Source of the DNA: the human T2T-CHM13v2.0 reference genome, Homo sapiens
Strand: one strand, 5' to 3'
Length of the DNA stretch: 64,000 nucleotides
Assembly (NCBI RefSeq): GCF_009914755.1
Contig: NC_060936.1
In this document: positions 45,861 through 60,200 of the stretch, in pieces
How positions within the stretch are numbered: the first letter of the stretch is position 1
Layout of the letters: every line of letters starts with the position of its first letter
The notes under the pieces: generated by a model
Seen by the model: the letters and a program-made list of their open reading frames with translations, nothing else
What the model was told of the DNA's origin: nothing
Database searches by the model: none
Position numbers and translations under genes: made by a program

Positions 45861-47807
45861 AAAGGAAAAAAATAGTCTATGCCCATGGTTGAACTCAGGT
45901 TGCAAGTAGAAAGTGGTTCTTTGGGGTATGAAAAGAAAACTGTAATTTAAACTTTTTTTTTCTCATAAGCTATTTGTATTGAAATAGATTACAGATTGTA
46001 AGTGGGCAAGAACTATGTTATGTATTGTTGTACCTAACTGTGGTCATACCTTGCAACCCACTGAGTGACCAAAATGCACCTTCTCGATTGTAAATATTTA
46101 GTATTAACATGATGATAATAAATAGATGGACTAATCAGTTCACGAAAACTTGCTGTTTGGCCAAAATCACTTAATACTAATGTGAGAAAGGACGTAAAAA
46201 TAACCTTGCATTCTGTGATTTCTGATTCTTCCAAGATATCACAGCCACAGCTCTGTCTTGAGAGAGTCAAGAATGAGGGCTATTTATTTTGTGATGTTAC
46301 AGGTCTGCCCACATCAGTGCCCACCAGGAAAACTGCTGCTTGTGTTATCAAGAATTTAAAGGTAAGAAACCATATCTATGTAGGTAAATTTTTAGACTTT
46401 ATTCAGGAGATTATTTGTTTGTAGGGGGTTAGGTTAAGTATTATTATATTTTGTAGAGCTTGATAATAGTTATCTAGATAATCCCTGGAGAATTAAACAA
46501 AGCAGTGTTGAAGATGTCCTGCTTATGTATTGTGTTAAAATTCAGTTTATACTTGGTTTGAAGTGGGAGTGAAAAATTTAGCCTGAAGACATGTATATTT
46601 AATTTGTTGTTCAAACAAGCTTGGGGTTTGTAGGTTTTGATTATTTTTGAATATTGAGTAAACTCGGTAATACAGTGTATTCTTTCCATTCAAATCCTGA
46701 GAAAATATATTGGCACTGCCAAATGCAGGCATGCTCAATGAGTAATGAAACTAATTTGGTGTTCGTATTGGTCAGGATCCATTTAGAAGACAGAAATCAT
46801 ACCAGCAATCTAACAGGAAAATTTATATAAAGAATTATCAGCGTGGTTGAACCTGGGAATTAATATAAATGATTGAACAGTTTTGGTTCATTATTTACAG
46901 AGAAACATGAATATGTATACAAGATACTAATTAGTATCTGTTATTTAAGGACATCTTAATACTTTACTAGGATGACAAATTCAATATCATATAGACATTG
47001 CTCTATTTAACATACTTATCAGTTAATTATTATATTTTTAAGGCTTTAGTTAAATTTATCATCTATTTGCATATATATATCTTTATATGTGAAAACGCAT
47101 GCATAGAAACATGTTAAATTCTTTACTGTAAATGTTCACATAAATAGTACACATTAGTAAAATTAGATTTGTCCTTTTTTTCTGTAAAATGAGCAAATTT
47201 TCTGTGTTCAGATAACAGATACCCATTTTTTTCTAGCAATCTATTCTGATAACTTTGCTCTTGTGTATTTTAACAAACAACTTGTCTTTGGGAATGTTAA
47301 AAGTTCCTGATAATCTTTGCCCTTGTGGTGGTATATCTATAAAACACAGTATTGTGTTTATATCTTGTTTCTTTTGACCATACTCAATTTTGCCTTTCTG
47401 AAATTTAGGCCCCAAATTAGAAAGAATAGAATGGTTGTGAAGTCTTTTTATGTACAATCAAATTTTCAGGTTTCTTGGAAAGGCCCCCAAGTAACATATT
47501 TTTTCCTTTGTTTTATTCAAAGAAATGAGGAAAGAATAATAAAAATAATCTACTTTGTTTGTATTCAAAATTTGATCATTTTACAGCCACTGTGAGAATA
47601 CTTTTGTTTAACAAGTATAAGTCAAAATTTAAAAACTGGTTAATCTAGAAGAAAGTGCTGTCTTCTTAGGTTGCTTACAAATGTTGAAAGATACAATGTA
47701 AATGTGTTTCAATGATTGTATACTTTTCAAATTAAAAGATGCATACTCATATTTAAGCATAGACTGGTATAATTGTTTACAAAAATATTTTGCTTTTTAG
47801 AGCCTAG

Positions 47808-48183
<376 letters not shown>

Positions 48184-50869
48184 TGAAATAAATTAATAAA
48201 CTTGCAGTTAAAGTTCCCATACTATTTCTCTCGTCTTCACCTATCAGTATCCACCACTGTAACATGCTGACTCCAGGACTCCTTCCTCTACTAAAGAAAA
48301 AAAAAAAAACCTCTCAATGATTTAATCTGTATGAAAATATTTTCTGGGCTTTACATAGGCTTAACGTAGATTTCCTTGAGTAATTCTGATTTAATTTTGT
48401 TTTATAATGATTTGCATTTAAAAACAAAAACTTGAAATTATCAAACAGGCTATACGATTACAGATTCAAATTCAATCTTGGAACATGAAACTCTACTGGA
48501 ATTTATATCAGTTCATATAACTGAGTTCATTGTCCTCATCTGAGCCTCCCAGGTAAAAAGAAACAAATATCAACATTTATACAAATAATAGGCACATTGT
48601 AGTATGCTTGGTCATTGCTTATTTTGAGGACTATGTTTCACTGAGAATGTTATTAAATATCTTGGTAAGGCTTTACTTTCTACTCAAAAACTTCATTGTT
48701 CCTATTTGCAATCTTTAGTAAAAAATAGAGATAACAAATGGAATTCAAAACCAAAAATTGGCAATGCTCTCAGACTTTATAACTTCCAAGGCCTAAGATA
48801 TTGCCATAAACCTTGATGACATACATAGATTCTTTCTTAGGGCTTAATTCCAGGCCACTTCATGAATTTAGGATACTTCCCTATGGTAAATGGATATGAC
48901 TAGATATCATCAGTCTTATCATTAAACAGGTACAAAAATCATTTCTAAAATAACTACTCATGACCTTGAACATGGAAGTGTAGTCTTCTGAAAGAAACCC
49001 CATTAAAAAAAATCCACCCTTACCCTTCTACAGAAAGGAACTTAGCAGGTACGGTAACAACCAGCATAGCAGTAAAATTCCAAGAAGTTGATCCTTGGAT
49101 TCATGTTTCTTAAAAAGACAGACATCATTTTCTTTTGACCACTGCATATCATCTTCTTTTAATTGCTGAGTGTCCGTTGAATTGGGAGACTTTCAACTGA
49201 GGATACTTAACTGTCTTCTAAAATCGGAAAGCTCTAGGGAGTAGAAAACTGCCACCCAGCACGAACAAACAAAATCAATTTTGTGATTCTTCTTCATCCT
49301 ATTCCTTTCTGTTTGCTCTTCTTTAACCTTGCCTACTACTGTACTGTAGCATATCATATTGACAAGAGACCAATTTCTCAACATGCTTCCTCTCCATCTT
49401 TCTACTGTTGGCACCTATGGTCTTCAGTTGCTCAAAAAGAAACAAAATTCTCTTGTGCATTTTCTTCAGACCATTTCTACCACTTTCAATTAACTGATTA
49501 TTGGCTCTGTCATCCTCCATCCAACCCTGCTGTCATGGATTTAACAGCTGTCTCTTTAAAACATGCATTCTCAGCAGGAGTGGTATCACCCCCACGGAGG
49601 AAAAAATCTGTTCTTATGAATTAAAAATGTCTTATCGTTTTTATGTATAATCATGGTTCTACACGTGGTATATGAACAGGTATGCATCTATATGGTATTA
49701 AAATTTCTTGGGTATGGCAATTAGAAACAAAATGTCTAAAAAGGCTCTTTAGAAAATAATATTGAAAAAAGTTGACAAACATTACTTAAATATTTCAGAA
49801 AGTCAATTCTCTTTTAGAGGTCTTATCAGCTACTTAAATTACCTTTACATTATTAACACCAACCTTTAATCTTGTAAAAAGTGGATCTTAACCCTACTCA
49901 ATGAAATGCTTCCACTGAGGTCATTATATCCTTATCAGCTAGACATAGCTCATCAGACACATGTACTAATTTCAACACTATCATTACTATAGTAGTCTGT
50001 CTTCTGTTTTTTCAGAAACACTCCAGCCTGCTTTGCAGAAATTATTTCGCTCTACTTAGAAAATCTGACCAACTTAAGGTACCAATGATTGACTCACTCC
50101 TGTTAAAATGAAGGCTACTTATATTACCAATGGGGCTGTGCTCTTCTAGGATACTGTTTCTTATGTGAACATCACTTCTGCTTTAAAGACTCAACAAACC
50201 ATTTAAAATCCATCAGCCAAGTTTGGTATTATCCTTGATTTCCTTTTAAGGAATTCCCGAGCGAGTGCTTATGCTATAGCAAAATGGTTCTTTCTACACC
50301 TCATAAATACAGTCAAGTAAATAACCATGACTAAGCTAAAAGAAAAAGCCATCCAGCTCTTTGAAACAGACCCAGCAATACATTGGGATGTTTTAATGGT
50401 CTGGGTTTAGTTCTGGGTCCCTGGCTTTGTGGTCTATTCCAAAGACTAAAACAATTGTGCTGGTAGTTTGTCCGTGTTGCGGTTGGCTGTTTACATCCTA
50501 TCCAAAATTTTAGTTGCTGTTTGCACAGCCATTGTCACATTACATGATTCAACAACTTATCTTGTAACAAAAGCAGCTGGAAGGATTAACTCTAGTCCAA
50601 CTTCAAACAACATTTTCTGGAAAATCTCCTGATTCACAGAATTTCAGCCATGTATTTTATTGATTGAAATTTCCCTCCTTCATCCTTTCTAGTTTTTGTG
50701 GGTGAAATCACAGAATTGTTGAATCCTAATGTTGGAAAATACCTTCAAGGCTATTTAGTACCAACACCCCAATTAATATCAGAAACTTCTCCACAGATAC
50801 TTTGTGAAGTCTGGTATAAAAAGAAATAATTTTAAAGGTTATATGTCATTTGAGTTAAAAATTAGCATG

Positions 50870-51370
50870 AGTTCTGCTTCTCTACACCTCCCTTGCACCT
50901 ACGCCCTGTGTAATGTGACTTCACACCTCCTCTCATCAGGATGAGAAGTCTATTTATCCCACCCCTTGAATCTGAGCTGGACTTTTGACTTATTTGTCTA
51001 ATAGGATGTGGGGGGTGATAGTGTTTAGTTGCAAGTGAAGGCCCCTCTACCTTTTGGAACTCTGCCCAGCCACCATGTGAACAGCCTGGGATAACCTGAT
51101 GGAGAATTAGAAACACATGGATCTAGCAGCCAAGTGGACAGTGAACTAACTGTCCCAGATGTAACTGAGGTCATCGTAGACCAGCCAGCCCTCAGCTGGC
51201 CAGTCAGCTGCCCATAGACGCATGAGTAAGCCCAGAACAAATCAGATGAGCAAAGACCAGATCAATAGAAAGTTCCAGCTAACTTGTAATCTCCAGAGCA
51301 AAACTAAAGCCTTTTGTTTTAAGCCACTAAACTTTGGAGTAATTTGTAATGAAGAAAATCCTAACTGACA
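50870..51370 (+). mobile_element. MLT1 (F/G/H-like) MaLR LTR
   Basis: ccaccccttgaatctgagctgg; cagccaccatgtga; tgttttaagccactaaa.tttgg; ends aactgaca. Confidence 0.65.
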
Positions 51371-51751
51371 TAGGCAGCAAACTACAATTATAATTATATG
51401 TATTTATTCTATTAGAACCCTATTTTAGCATTATATAATTCCATTAATTATATTTGAAGTGATTTCGAGTAATTCATTTGTTCTGATTTGATTGGTTAAA
51501 AGATTTTTTTTTTCTTAGAAAGTATTCCTTTGGGTTGTTTTTGTCCGTGTTTAGCTGATAACTGCAGTGAATCCTAATTTAGGAAAGAATATTGAGAAAC
51601 CAGAAGCAGCTCAATTATGCGCTAAGCAAGTGCTAAGTAGTGTGAAAATTTTCAAATAAATGTAAAAAAAAACCAAAACGGCCCTAAAGACCTACATTTT
51701 TCTTAGCATAATAACAAAATTGAGACAGAAAATTGAAAATATGTGTAACAC

Positions 51752-52098
<347 letters not shown>

Positions 52099-54374
52099 TC
52101 ATAGAAAATAGTATTTACTGCAGTGCAACCTCATAGGAGACAAACATAATTTGAGTCTTAAAAATATTCATAGTTTTCAACAGGCAAAGTAGAAAATAAG
52201 GGTGTTTAATCTGAACAACGTGAACAAAGGCATTCTCACTCCTTATAATGTCTCCTGAAAAATGGTTCTATTAACTGGCTACAGTTTCCTAGAGAGTTTA
52301 AATTGTCTTGGAAAATTTATACTTTTTTTTACACCATCATTTATCCAATAGCCACTGAGTGCCTACCATGTGGTAGGCATTTCTCTATGTCCTTGGGATA
52401 CAACAGTGAAGAATCAGGCAAAAATAATTGTTATTGAGGTGCTTGCATTCTGTACAGGAATCCAGTCCTCCATTGCCATTTAGGCAAAATCACTTAACCT
52501 ATAAGTTAACCAACAATTTAAGTCATCCTGTACTCTTCATTTTAACACCAAAAAAAAAAATTGAAATAAAGTAGTAATAATTGGACATTACTGTTTGTGT
52601 CTTGAGCCTGAAAATCACTACTGATGAATAAAAATATCTGAACATAAACCTGTGAGCAAAACAAGCTATCTGGGGTTCAATTTCAGTCAAAATTGGAATT
52701 ACGTTTAGTGATTATGCCTGTTCGACTATTTTTGCCTGGAAATGTTTACTTGTGTAGCAGTTACTTGCTTCCTAAAGTAGAATACTGAAAATTTTTCATG
52801 AAGTGCAAAGGACAAATCAAAAGTAAACTCTAGTTTTACAGTGTCCCCATGTTTATTTTGAAAGGGCCCTGGTAGATTGTGTTGAGATACAGAGTGCAGT
52901 TGGCTTCCCAGACCTGGGAAATCAGACTTGGGTTCCAGCCCTATTAGTGGGTTACCTTGTAAATGTTGAAAAATTATTCTGTGTGCTTGCTTTATTATTT
53001 GAAAAATAGTACTTTTGGAAAAACCACCTTCTGAGCCCAGGTATTACAGAAAATTGATTATATAATAATTTATTTGTTCATAAGAAATATTTTTGAGCAT
53101 CTACTATGTAACAGAACCGTTTGTTGATTCACAGTACTAAGAAGGTCCTTGCCCCCCTGGGCTCATATTCCCATGGAGAGGGCCTAATAATAGTAGTACT
53201 AGTAGCAACAATAACAAAATAAGAAAATAAATAAATACTTATTCAGTTTTATTTATTGTGTAGGAAGTAAGATGTTCTGAAGGGGAAAAGTTGATAAACT
53301 TGTTCTGATTGGTACAGAACTGTTTTTTATTTGTTCTGTTTTGCTCAGTTGGGAGGAAACAAGAGCACATCAAAGGCAAAAACAAAAACAAAACAAAATG
53401 AACCATTAAGCCTCTAAGGTAGCAGGTGAAGCTCATCACAAACAGTTGTAGAAGTAAACTTGAATTGCCGCCAAGGAGTAGATTAAAGTCTATCTCCACC
53501 AGACCAAGATAAGTTAGTTGCTTCATGACTCTATAGGTGTTTAAAATCCAAAATTACTTTTAGAATTTTTTTAATTTTTGTTTTTTTGAATTTTCCCTTT
53601 TCCAAGCTGCTTGATATAGAAGGCAAAAGTTACTTTTTCTTATCCATTTCTGCATTATGAAGGGAAGAATTGATTGGTGGCTGCCTAAACATAAGTGGAT
53701 TGGAAAGACTGGTTAAACAAACAAACAAAAAAAACTAGATGGATGCATTAAGAATATTTAAATTTTTAATTTTCCTACCAGAAATGTTTTTCTACTATGC
53801 CTACTTTTTAACCCATGCCATGTGTATTGAAGAAGTCTGTGGAATGGGTGGGGCAGGGAGGTAAAGCAGAGATAGACTTCAAATCCAAGCATGTAGCACA
53901 GAAAATACACAGAAGGAATCTCATTGGCCCTGCCTTGAGATCTTTCTACCATAATATAAACAGATTACTCTGCCAAGAGTAATTTCTAAGCCACTATATT
54001 AAAATGAAGTCAGAGATGATCTTTTTTTTCCCTTTAATTATTCTGTCTTGGTGATTGTCCAACTCCAGCCATGAGAAAAGTGGAACTAGCTTTATAAACA
54101 TAAAAGCAACTAATTGTAACACAGCAAAGAATTCAATCAGATTTTGGAAAAGTGGGAAGAAATAGATGACAAATTATGAAGAGCAAAAAGATTTGGGGTA
54201 AATTTCATCAAAGGAATTAACGTTTAATTCGAGCCTTCGACAACTGCTAGGATTTTTCTAGGCAAAGAGCGAAGGACTTCAGTGTTGTTTGGACAATGGT
54301 CCGTGTGCCTGGAGCAAGGGCTTCACAGAGGCACGTAGTGGAAGGCAACGTCAGAAACATAGATGGCAGATCTT

Positions 54375-55240
54375 TTTTCTTTTTAACTTTAAAAGACTTA
54401 ATTGACAAAAATTGTATATATTTAAGGTGTACAATGTGATGATTTAATGTACATATACATTATGTGATGATTAGCACTATCAACACATGCATCACCACCC
54501 ATATCATTTGTGTGTGTATGTGTGTGTGAGTGTGAGGAGATATGTTCTTAAAATCTGCTCTTTTACCAAATTTCAAGTACACAGTACAGTATTATTAACT
54601 ACACTCAACACATTGTACATTAGATCTCCAGAATTTATTCATCTTAGGACCGAAATTTCATACCTTTTGACTAACATGCCCCATTTCCCCAACCGTCCAG
54701 CCCCTAGCAGCCCCTCTTCTACGCTCTGCTTCTATGAGTTGGACTTTTTTAGATTCCACATATAAGTGAAATCATATAGTATTTGTGCATCTGGCTCATT
54801 TCACTTAGCATAATGCCCTCTAAGTTATTCATGTTGCTGTAAGTGCCAGAATTTTCTTCTTTTTTTGTAGCTGCAAATTATTTCATTATGTTATATACAT
54901 ACACTGTATTTTTATATATATATATATAATGCGTACCACCTTTTCTTTGTTCATTCATCTACTGATGGACACCCAGAATGATACCATATCTTGGCTATTG
55001 TGGATAGTGCTGTAATAAACATGGGGTGCAGATATTTCTATGAGGTGTTGATTTAATTTCCCTTGGATATGTACCCAGAAGTGGCACTGCTGGATTGTAT
55101 GATGTTCTATTTTTAGTTTTTGAGAAACCTTATTTTTTTCCATAATGGCCATACCAATTTTTGTCTCCACCAACAGCGTATAAGATTTTTCTTTTCTCCA
55201 CACCCTCACCAACACTTGCTATCTCTTCTCTTTTTGATAG
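54375..55240 (-). mobile_element. L1MA/L1MB 3' end
   Basis: tttagattccacatataagtga; ggctattgtg.atagtgctg; ttctccacaccctcaccaacact. Confidence 0.8.
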
Positions 55241-56661
55241 TAGGTAGACAGTAGATCTTTAATGCCTTACTAAGGATCATATTTTCACCATGCCTTGGAG
55301 TTGCAGTTTATGTCATAAACATTGACTCAAATACTATAACCAAAAATTTCCCCGCAAACCTAATATTTTTTAACCTGCCTGAAATAACATGAACCTGCAT
55401 GTTAGACATGCCTTCCTCATGGAAATGTGCCTTCATGGTTTGAGATTCAGGGATAACCTCAGAATTATAATATCCAATACATAGTAAATTTATTTAATTA
55501 TCTGATTTTGCAATAGCACATTACGGTGACAGATAACCTAACTTCTCGGGGTTAAGTTTTCTGCAAAATTTTCTTTCGGATGTGTGCTTTAAGGCTGCTT
55601 GATTTCAGATCTAACAAGTACAGAAGGAGGAAAAGGTCAATGTTTGGAGTGAATTCTGGACTAACTGGGTGGATATAGCCTTATCCTGAATCACTTTAGA
55701 AGACTGCTATCGACATCATTCCAAAAAGGTGGGAATGTGCGTTTTCCATCATGGGACAATTTTCATCAGATTTCTACTCTACTGGTGTCATTACGTGTCC
55801 TTCCCCGAAAGTATCAAATACTTCCAAACCTCACTTTCGTTGTGTATTATTTTGTAATGACACATTTGCCTAAAATGTTTCCCTAAGTAATCTATTTTCT
55901 AAGTAATTGGCACAAAATGAATTTTGCTTTGATTTTTGATCTCTTCAAAAGTTATTGTTTTAACAAGTATTATAACTCCTCATGTATGGGATATAGGAAT
56001 TGAGCCATTATTTTAGCCATGTCATATGCACTTGAATTTATATAATTCAATTTGGTGATGAATTATTAGGGTAAGCAGATGTCTATTTTTCAGAATTTTA
56101 TTATGATAAGTCTTCTTATCAGGTACATTCACCATTTTCATTTATTTGATTTCCATGCATAATTTGGCATATTTTTAAGAAAGGTGGACATTCAAGAGAT
56201 TTATGACAATAAATACTTCTGTTTTTTAACTTTAACTTCACAGTTAAAAGGTATAACTTATTTTCCATCAGAATAACTAAAGATTTAATTACATATTTTC
56301 TATAGCTTGTGTGTGTGAGCCGTGGGTAGAAGACAATATGGAAGAAAATGATGTAATATTAAAATTAAAATGGGAAGAATGATGGAATGGCAAGAAGAGT
56401 TAAGGTCCCTTCCCAAACTCCTTTAATTATGGGATTCTGGTGTCAGAGTTAAAAGAATGAACTTTAATCAATGTTCTGCCACAACTCAATTGTGTACTGG
56501 TTTAAAAAATGATAGACTATGATGGATGCACAGGGATTTAGCAATTATTTACTAAAATTTTCCTGGAGATGAGCCATTACATGGAAGGGATCAATGAAGT
56601 CCACACATACACGTCAGGATTAGAATCTAATTCTCTTCAGCAGGTCTGGGGTTCTTTCCAT

Positions 56662-57235
56662 TGAAGGGGAGCCACAGATCACCTCCAAAGCCCCTTGTTA
56701 GCTCGTAGCGGGCTCTTCTATTGGATCTAGAAACTAAACTGGCACCGGGCAGATGAACAAAATAAAAGTATACACATTTTATTCGTTTTGCATGTACATG
56801 AGGAACTCGCAAGAGAGTGAAATCCATAGAAGTGGCCTAAGCAAGATGCTTTTATGCTTTTTAGACCAAGAATGATAAATTTGAAAAGAAATGACAGGAT
56901 GAAGAAAAGCTGGCTAGGGGCAATAAATTTTCTAGAGGAGTCACTAGGAGATATATTGGTTGCGGGGGGCTGTAAAATAGGTGAAAGATAGGTGTTTATT
57001 AAGTATCTTTATTCAGGTTCATTGCAGCATCCAATTCCAGGTCTCTGGCGATAAGAGCTATTTTCTTGCCCTCGTATGACTCGGATAGCCCTCCCAGAGG
57101 AATCTTCACGGCTTGCCGCATGCGGGAAGAGACAGGTCAGCTCTCCCTTTCTGAATCTACAATATCTCCACTGTTTTAAACACAAAACAATCATATACCA
57201 ATCTGGCATATTCGGGGACATCCTTCACTCCTTCA
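56662..57235 (-). mobile_element. ERV1 solo LTR (subfamily not identified)
   Basis: Inverted termini TGAAGG...CCTTCA; 4-bp TSD CCAT 56658-56661 / 57236-57239; reverse AATAAA near the left end. Confidence 0.75.
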
Positions 57236-60200
57236 CCATAGAATATCACTGTTTCTTTAAAACGATGCACGTTTTTCTCTATATCTCTGTTTCCTCATTT
57301 AATAGAATGAATATGATAAACATGAACTTCTGTAAGATTCATAACAGTTGTCAATTCTCAGAATTGTTCACTTTGTGCCACTAAATGTGGCACTATTAGG
57401 TAGTACCAATAGTATGTGCAGCTACAAGTACAGAGATCAGTAATGGGAAGCAAATAAATTGAGATGGGATTCATAGTCAAGAGTCAGGATACACTTTATT
57501 TCTCACAGGTGTTAGTTCTTTTTGGCAGATCCATCTGATTTCTGTACTACAGTACTCAGAATACACAGATGTCTGTGAGATGGAAATACAGCTGTTTTCT
57601 TTAGCATCACCTCTAATTTCTAAGCTGTGGAGCAAAAGAAAAGTCTGTCTTAGCATTTATGATTTTCTCAGAGCTATTCTCACTTAGCCATTATTTCCTA
57701 GGACTCTCAGGAAGCAGTAGAATGATAAACTATTAAACAAAGAAGGCACACGGTCACAAATATAATGGTATGAACTTTTAAGATAGAGCTAATGTAAACC
57801 TCTGGAACTTCCAAGTTCATCTTCATTGGAAAAGAATCCCTCTAACAAGAAACTTCACAATTACATTAAAAAAAGAAAGAAACTTTGGCAACTGGGGATT
57901 CAGTCTTCTTATTGTTCTACTAACAGGTCACATTAAAAATGTTTCCTAACTTTACTGAGCCACAGTTTTATTAAATATTTAGGCTATAGCCACCTAATAT
58001 TTAGGGGAGGCATGGAGATGAAATATGAAAATGTGGCAATACTTCAAAAATATGTGATGAGTAAATATGATAAATATCTAGAGGCATGATGGATATTCAG
58101 GGTCTATAGAATTTGGAAGCAGTGAGAAAAAGTGGCTCAGTTCATGGTTATGTAGTCAGAGGTTCCTTTCATTCTCATCCCAAACAGAGGTGAACAGGTG
58201 TCTGCAGAAACATAATATTAGTTTCAAACAGACATGAGTCCTGTGGCTCACTGCAGGTAGGAGGTGATGATATAATTCAAACAAAGGGACAGGCTGTATT
58301 GGGGTTGAGTTGCAAGGACGGTGTGAGTTCAAGACTCTCCTATTTGTCTCAAACGGATGAGGTGGTGGCAGCGTGCTGGGCTCCATCACAGCTTTTCTTT
58401 AGTCCTTTGTTCCATTTTCTCATGTAGCCTCTTGGGGCTGCTTGTCTGATTTCTTCCTACTGCCCAACCTTCTAGTCAAACCAAGAACTTCTTTCAACTG
58501 GGCTATTGCAAAAGTTCCCTATATTTTATCTCTTCCACCCTTTTAATTGTTTCTTCAATTATCAGGGTAATTTTTTTAAATGCCAATCTGGCCAAGTCAA
58601 CAATTCCTTTTCCAAAAGGCCCTCAGTGGTTTTACAGGCCTTCCTTGATGAGACATCTGGCTAGCTCTTGAACATTGTCTCCTGTAGCCCCCAAAATAAT
58701 CCTGTAAAAAAATTATGATTCTTCCCTTTCTTTCCTTGCCTTGCAAATAAAAGCAGAGTCTAACTGGTGCTTTTTCTACTATAACGTGATACCTTCCAGG
58801 TTTACCTGATCACTATTATCTTAAAGCATCATCTTTCTCCTCAGAATAAAATGAAAAGTTCAACTGAATTTCCTCCATCCACTTTACACATATTTATGTT
58901 CACATTTCAATGTTTTCAAATTTTATTTTTTACTGTGAACCACAATAAAATAAACATTTTGCATTATGACCCCATTAAGAAACACACACACAAACTATAC
59001 TTAATAAATGCTAATTCACCAATACCATGTGTGGAAAGATAAAAATAAATTAATAGCAAACCTACTTTCATTTATTTGTAAATAAAATATTGAAAATAAC
59101 CCCCAGAAAGCAATATAAAAATCAAGAGAGATGTTTTTAAACATAATGTATATGTTTGGCTTTTCATAAATTTATTCTAGTCCAGAACACTTATTTTAAA
59201 TCATCTTTATTTTAAAATCTTACACTTTATAAAATATTTTAGAATGTGGCTCATATAATGTCAAAACTTTGCTGATTGAGCCAACATTCCTTTCAGTGTT
59301 TAATACTTTCCATACTTAATAAATTATCTTAGTATAATGTAGACAAACTTAAAACATTCTCCTATGTTTTAGATTTTAACCTCTTGTTTTTTGAGTGACG
59401 GAAAATACATTTTAAATGTAAATTCTGCCAATTTGACTAAATCATTTACAGACTCATTAAATATAACTGTTTATATTATCTCTTTTGAAAAACTCATTAA
59501 AAGTTCTTTACAGAAATGTGGTTGAAGGCCTATACATTTTCGCTTGTGAGGGAAGAAAACACCCTGCCTTTTTCTGCAAAATTATCCATGAATTCTGCTA
59601 AAACATGAAATTTGCCTGTGTCGCATCAACCCTCATAGTACGTTGATGGTAATTTTGACCATCTTACACAAGACAAAAGCATGTCACACTGAAGAGAAAA
59701 CAGCAAATAGCTCTTTTGTGGGTTAGACATGTTTTCATCACATCGTCTCAAGTACCTCTGTCTTTCACACCAGTGGTTCAAATATACTGCAATTTTTGTC
59801 ACAACGTGGGTGTCTGGGTTCCACACTCTGATATTTACTATTTTTTCTTTTCTTTTAATGCCAGCTGTGACCCACTAAATTGGTCTCTTTACCTACTAAT
59901 GTATATTTTCCCACAGTTTGAAAAATACAACGTAAGACATTCTGTGTGCCAGTGGTCTCCAGATAATCACTATTTTTAATTTAATGTGCCCGTTTCAAAT
60001 AAGTTAGTCTATTTCCTGTCCCCTAAAACTCCATTGCAGATAAAAATATATTTTCTCATAAAGAGCTGATATCTTTTCATATATAGAACTTTCCAACCAA
60101 CTTTGAAATCATCCATGTTCTTAGCCTATTCAGAACTTCTTGAGTTTTTAAACCAAATTAAAACTACAAAACTCAATCTTCAGTGTTACTACCTTGCAGT

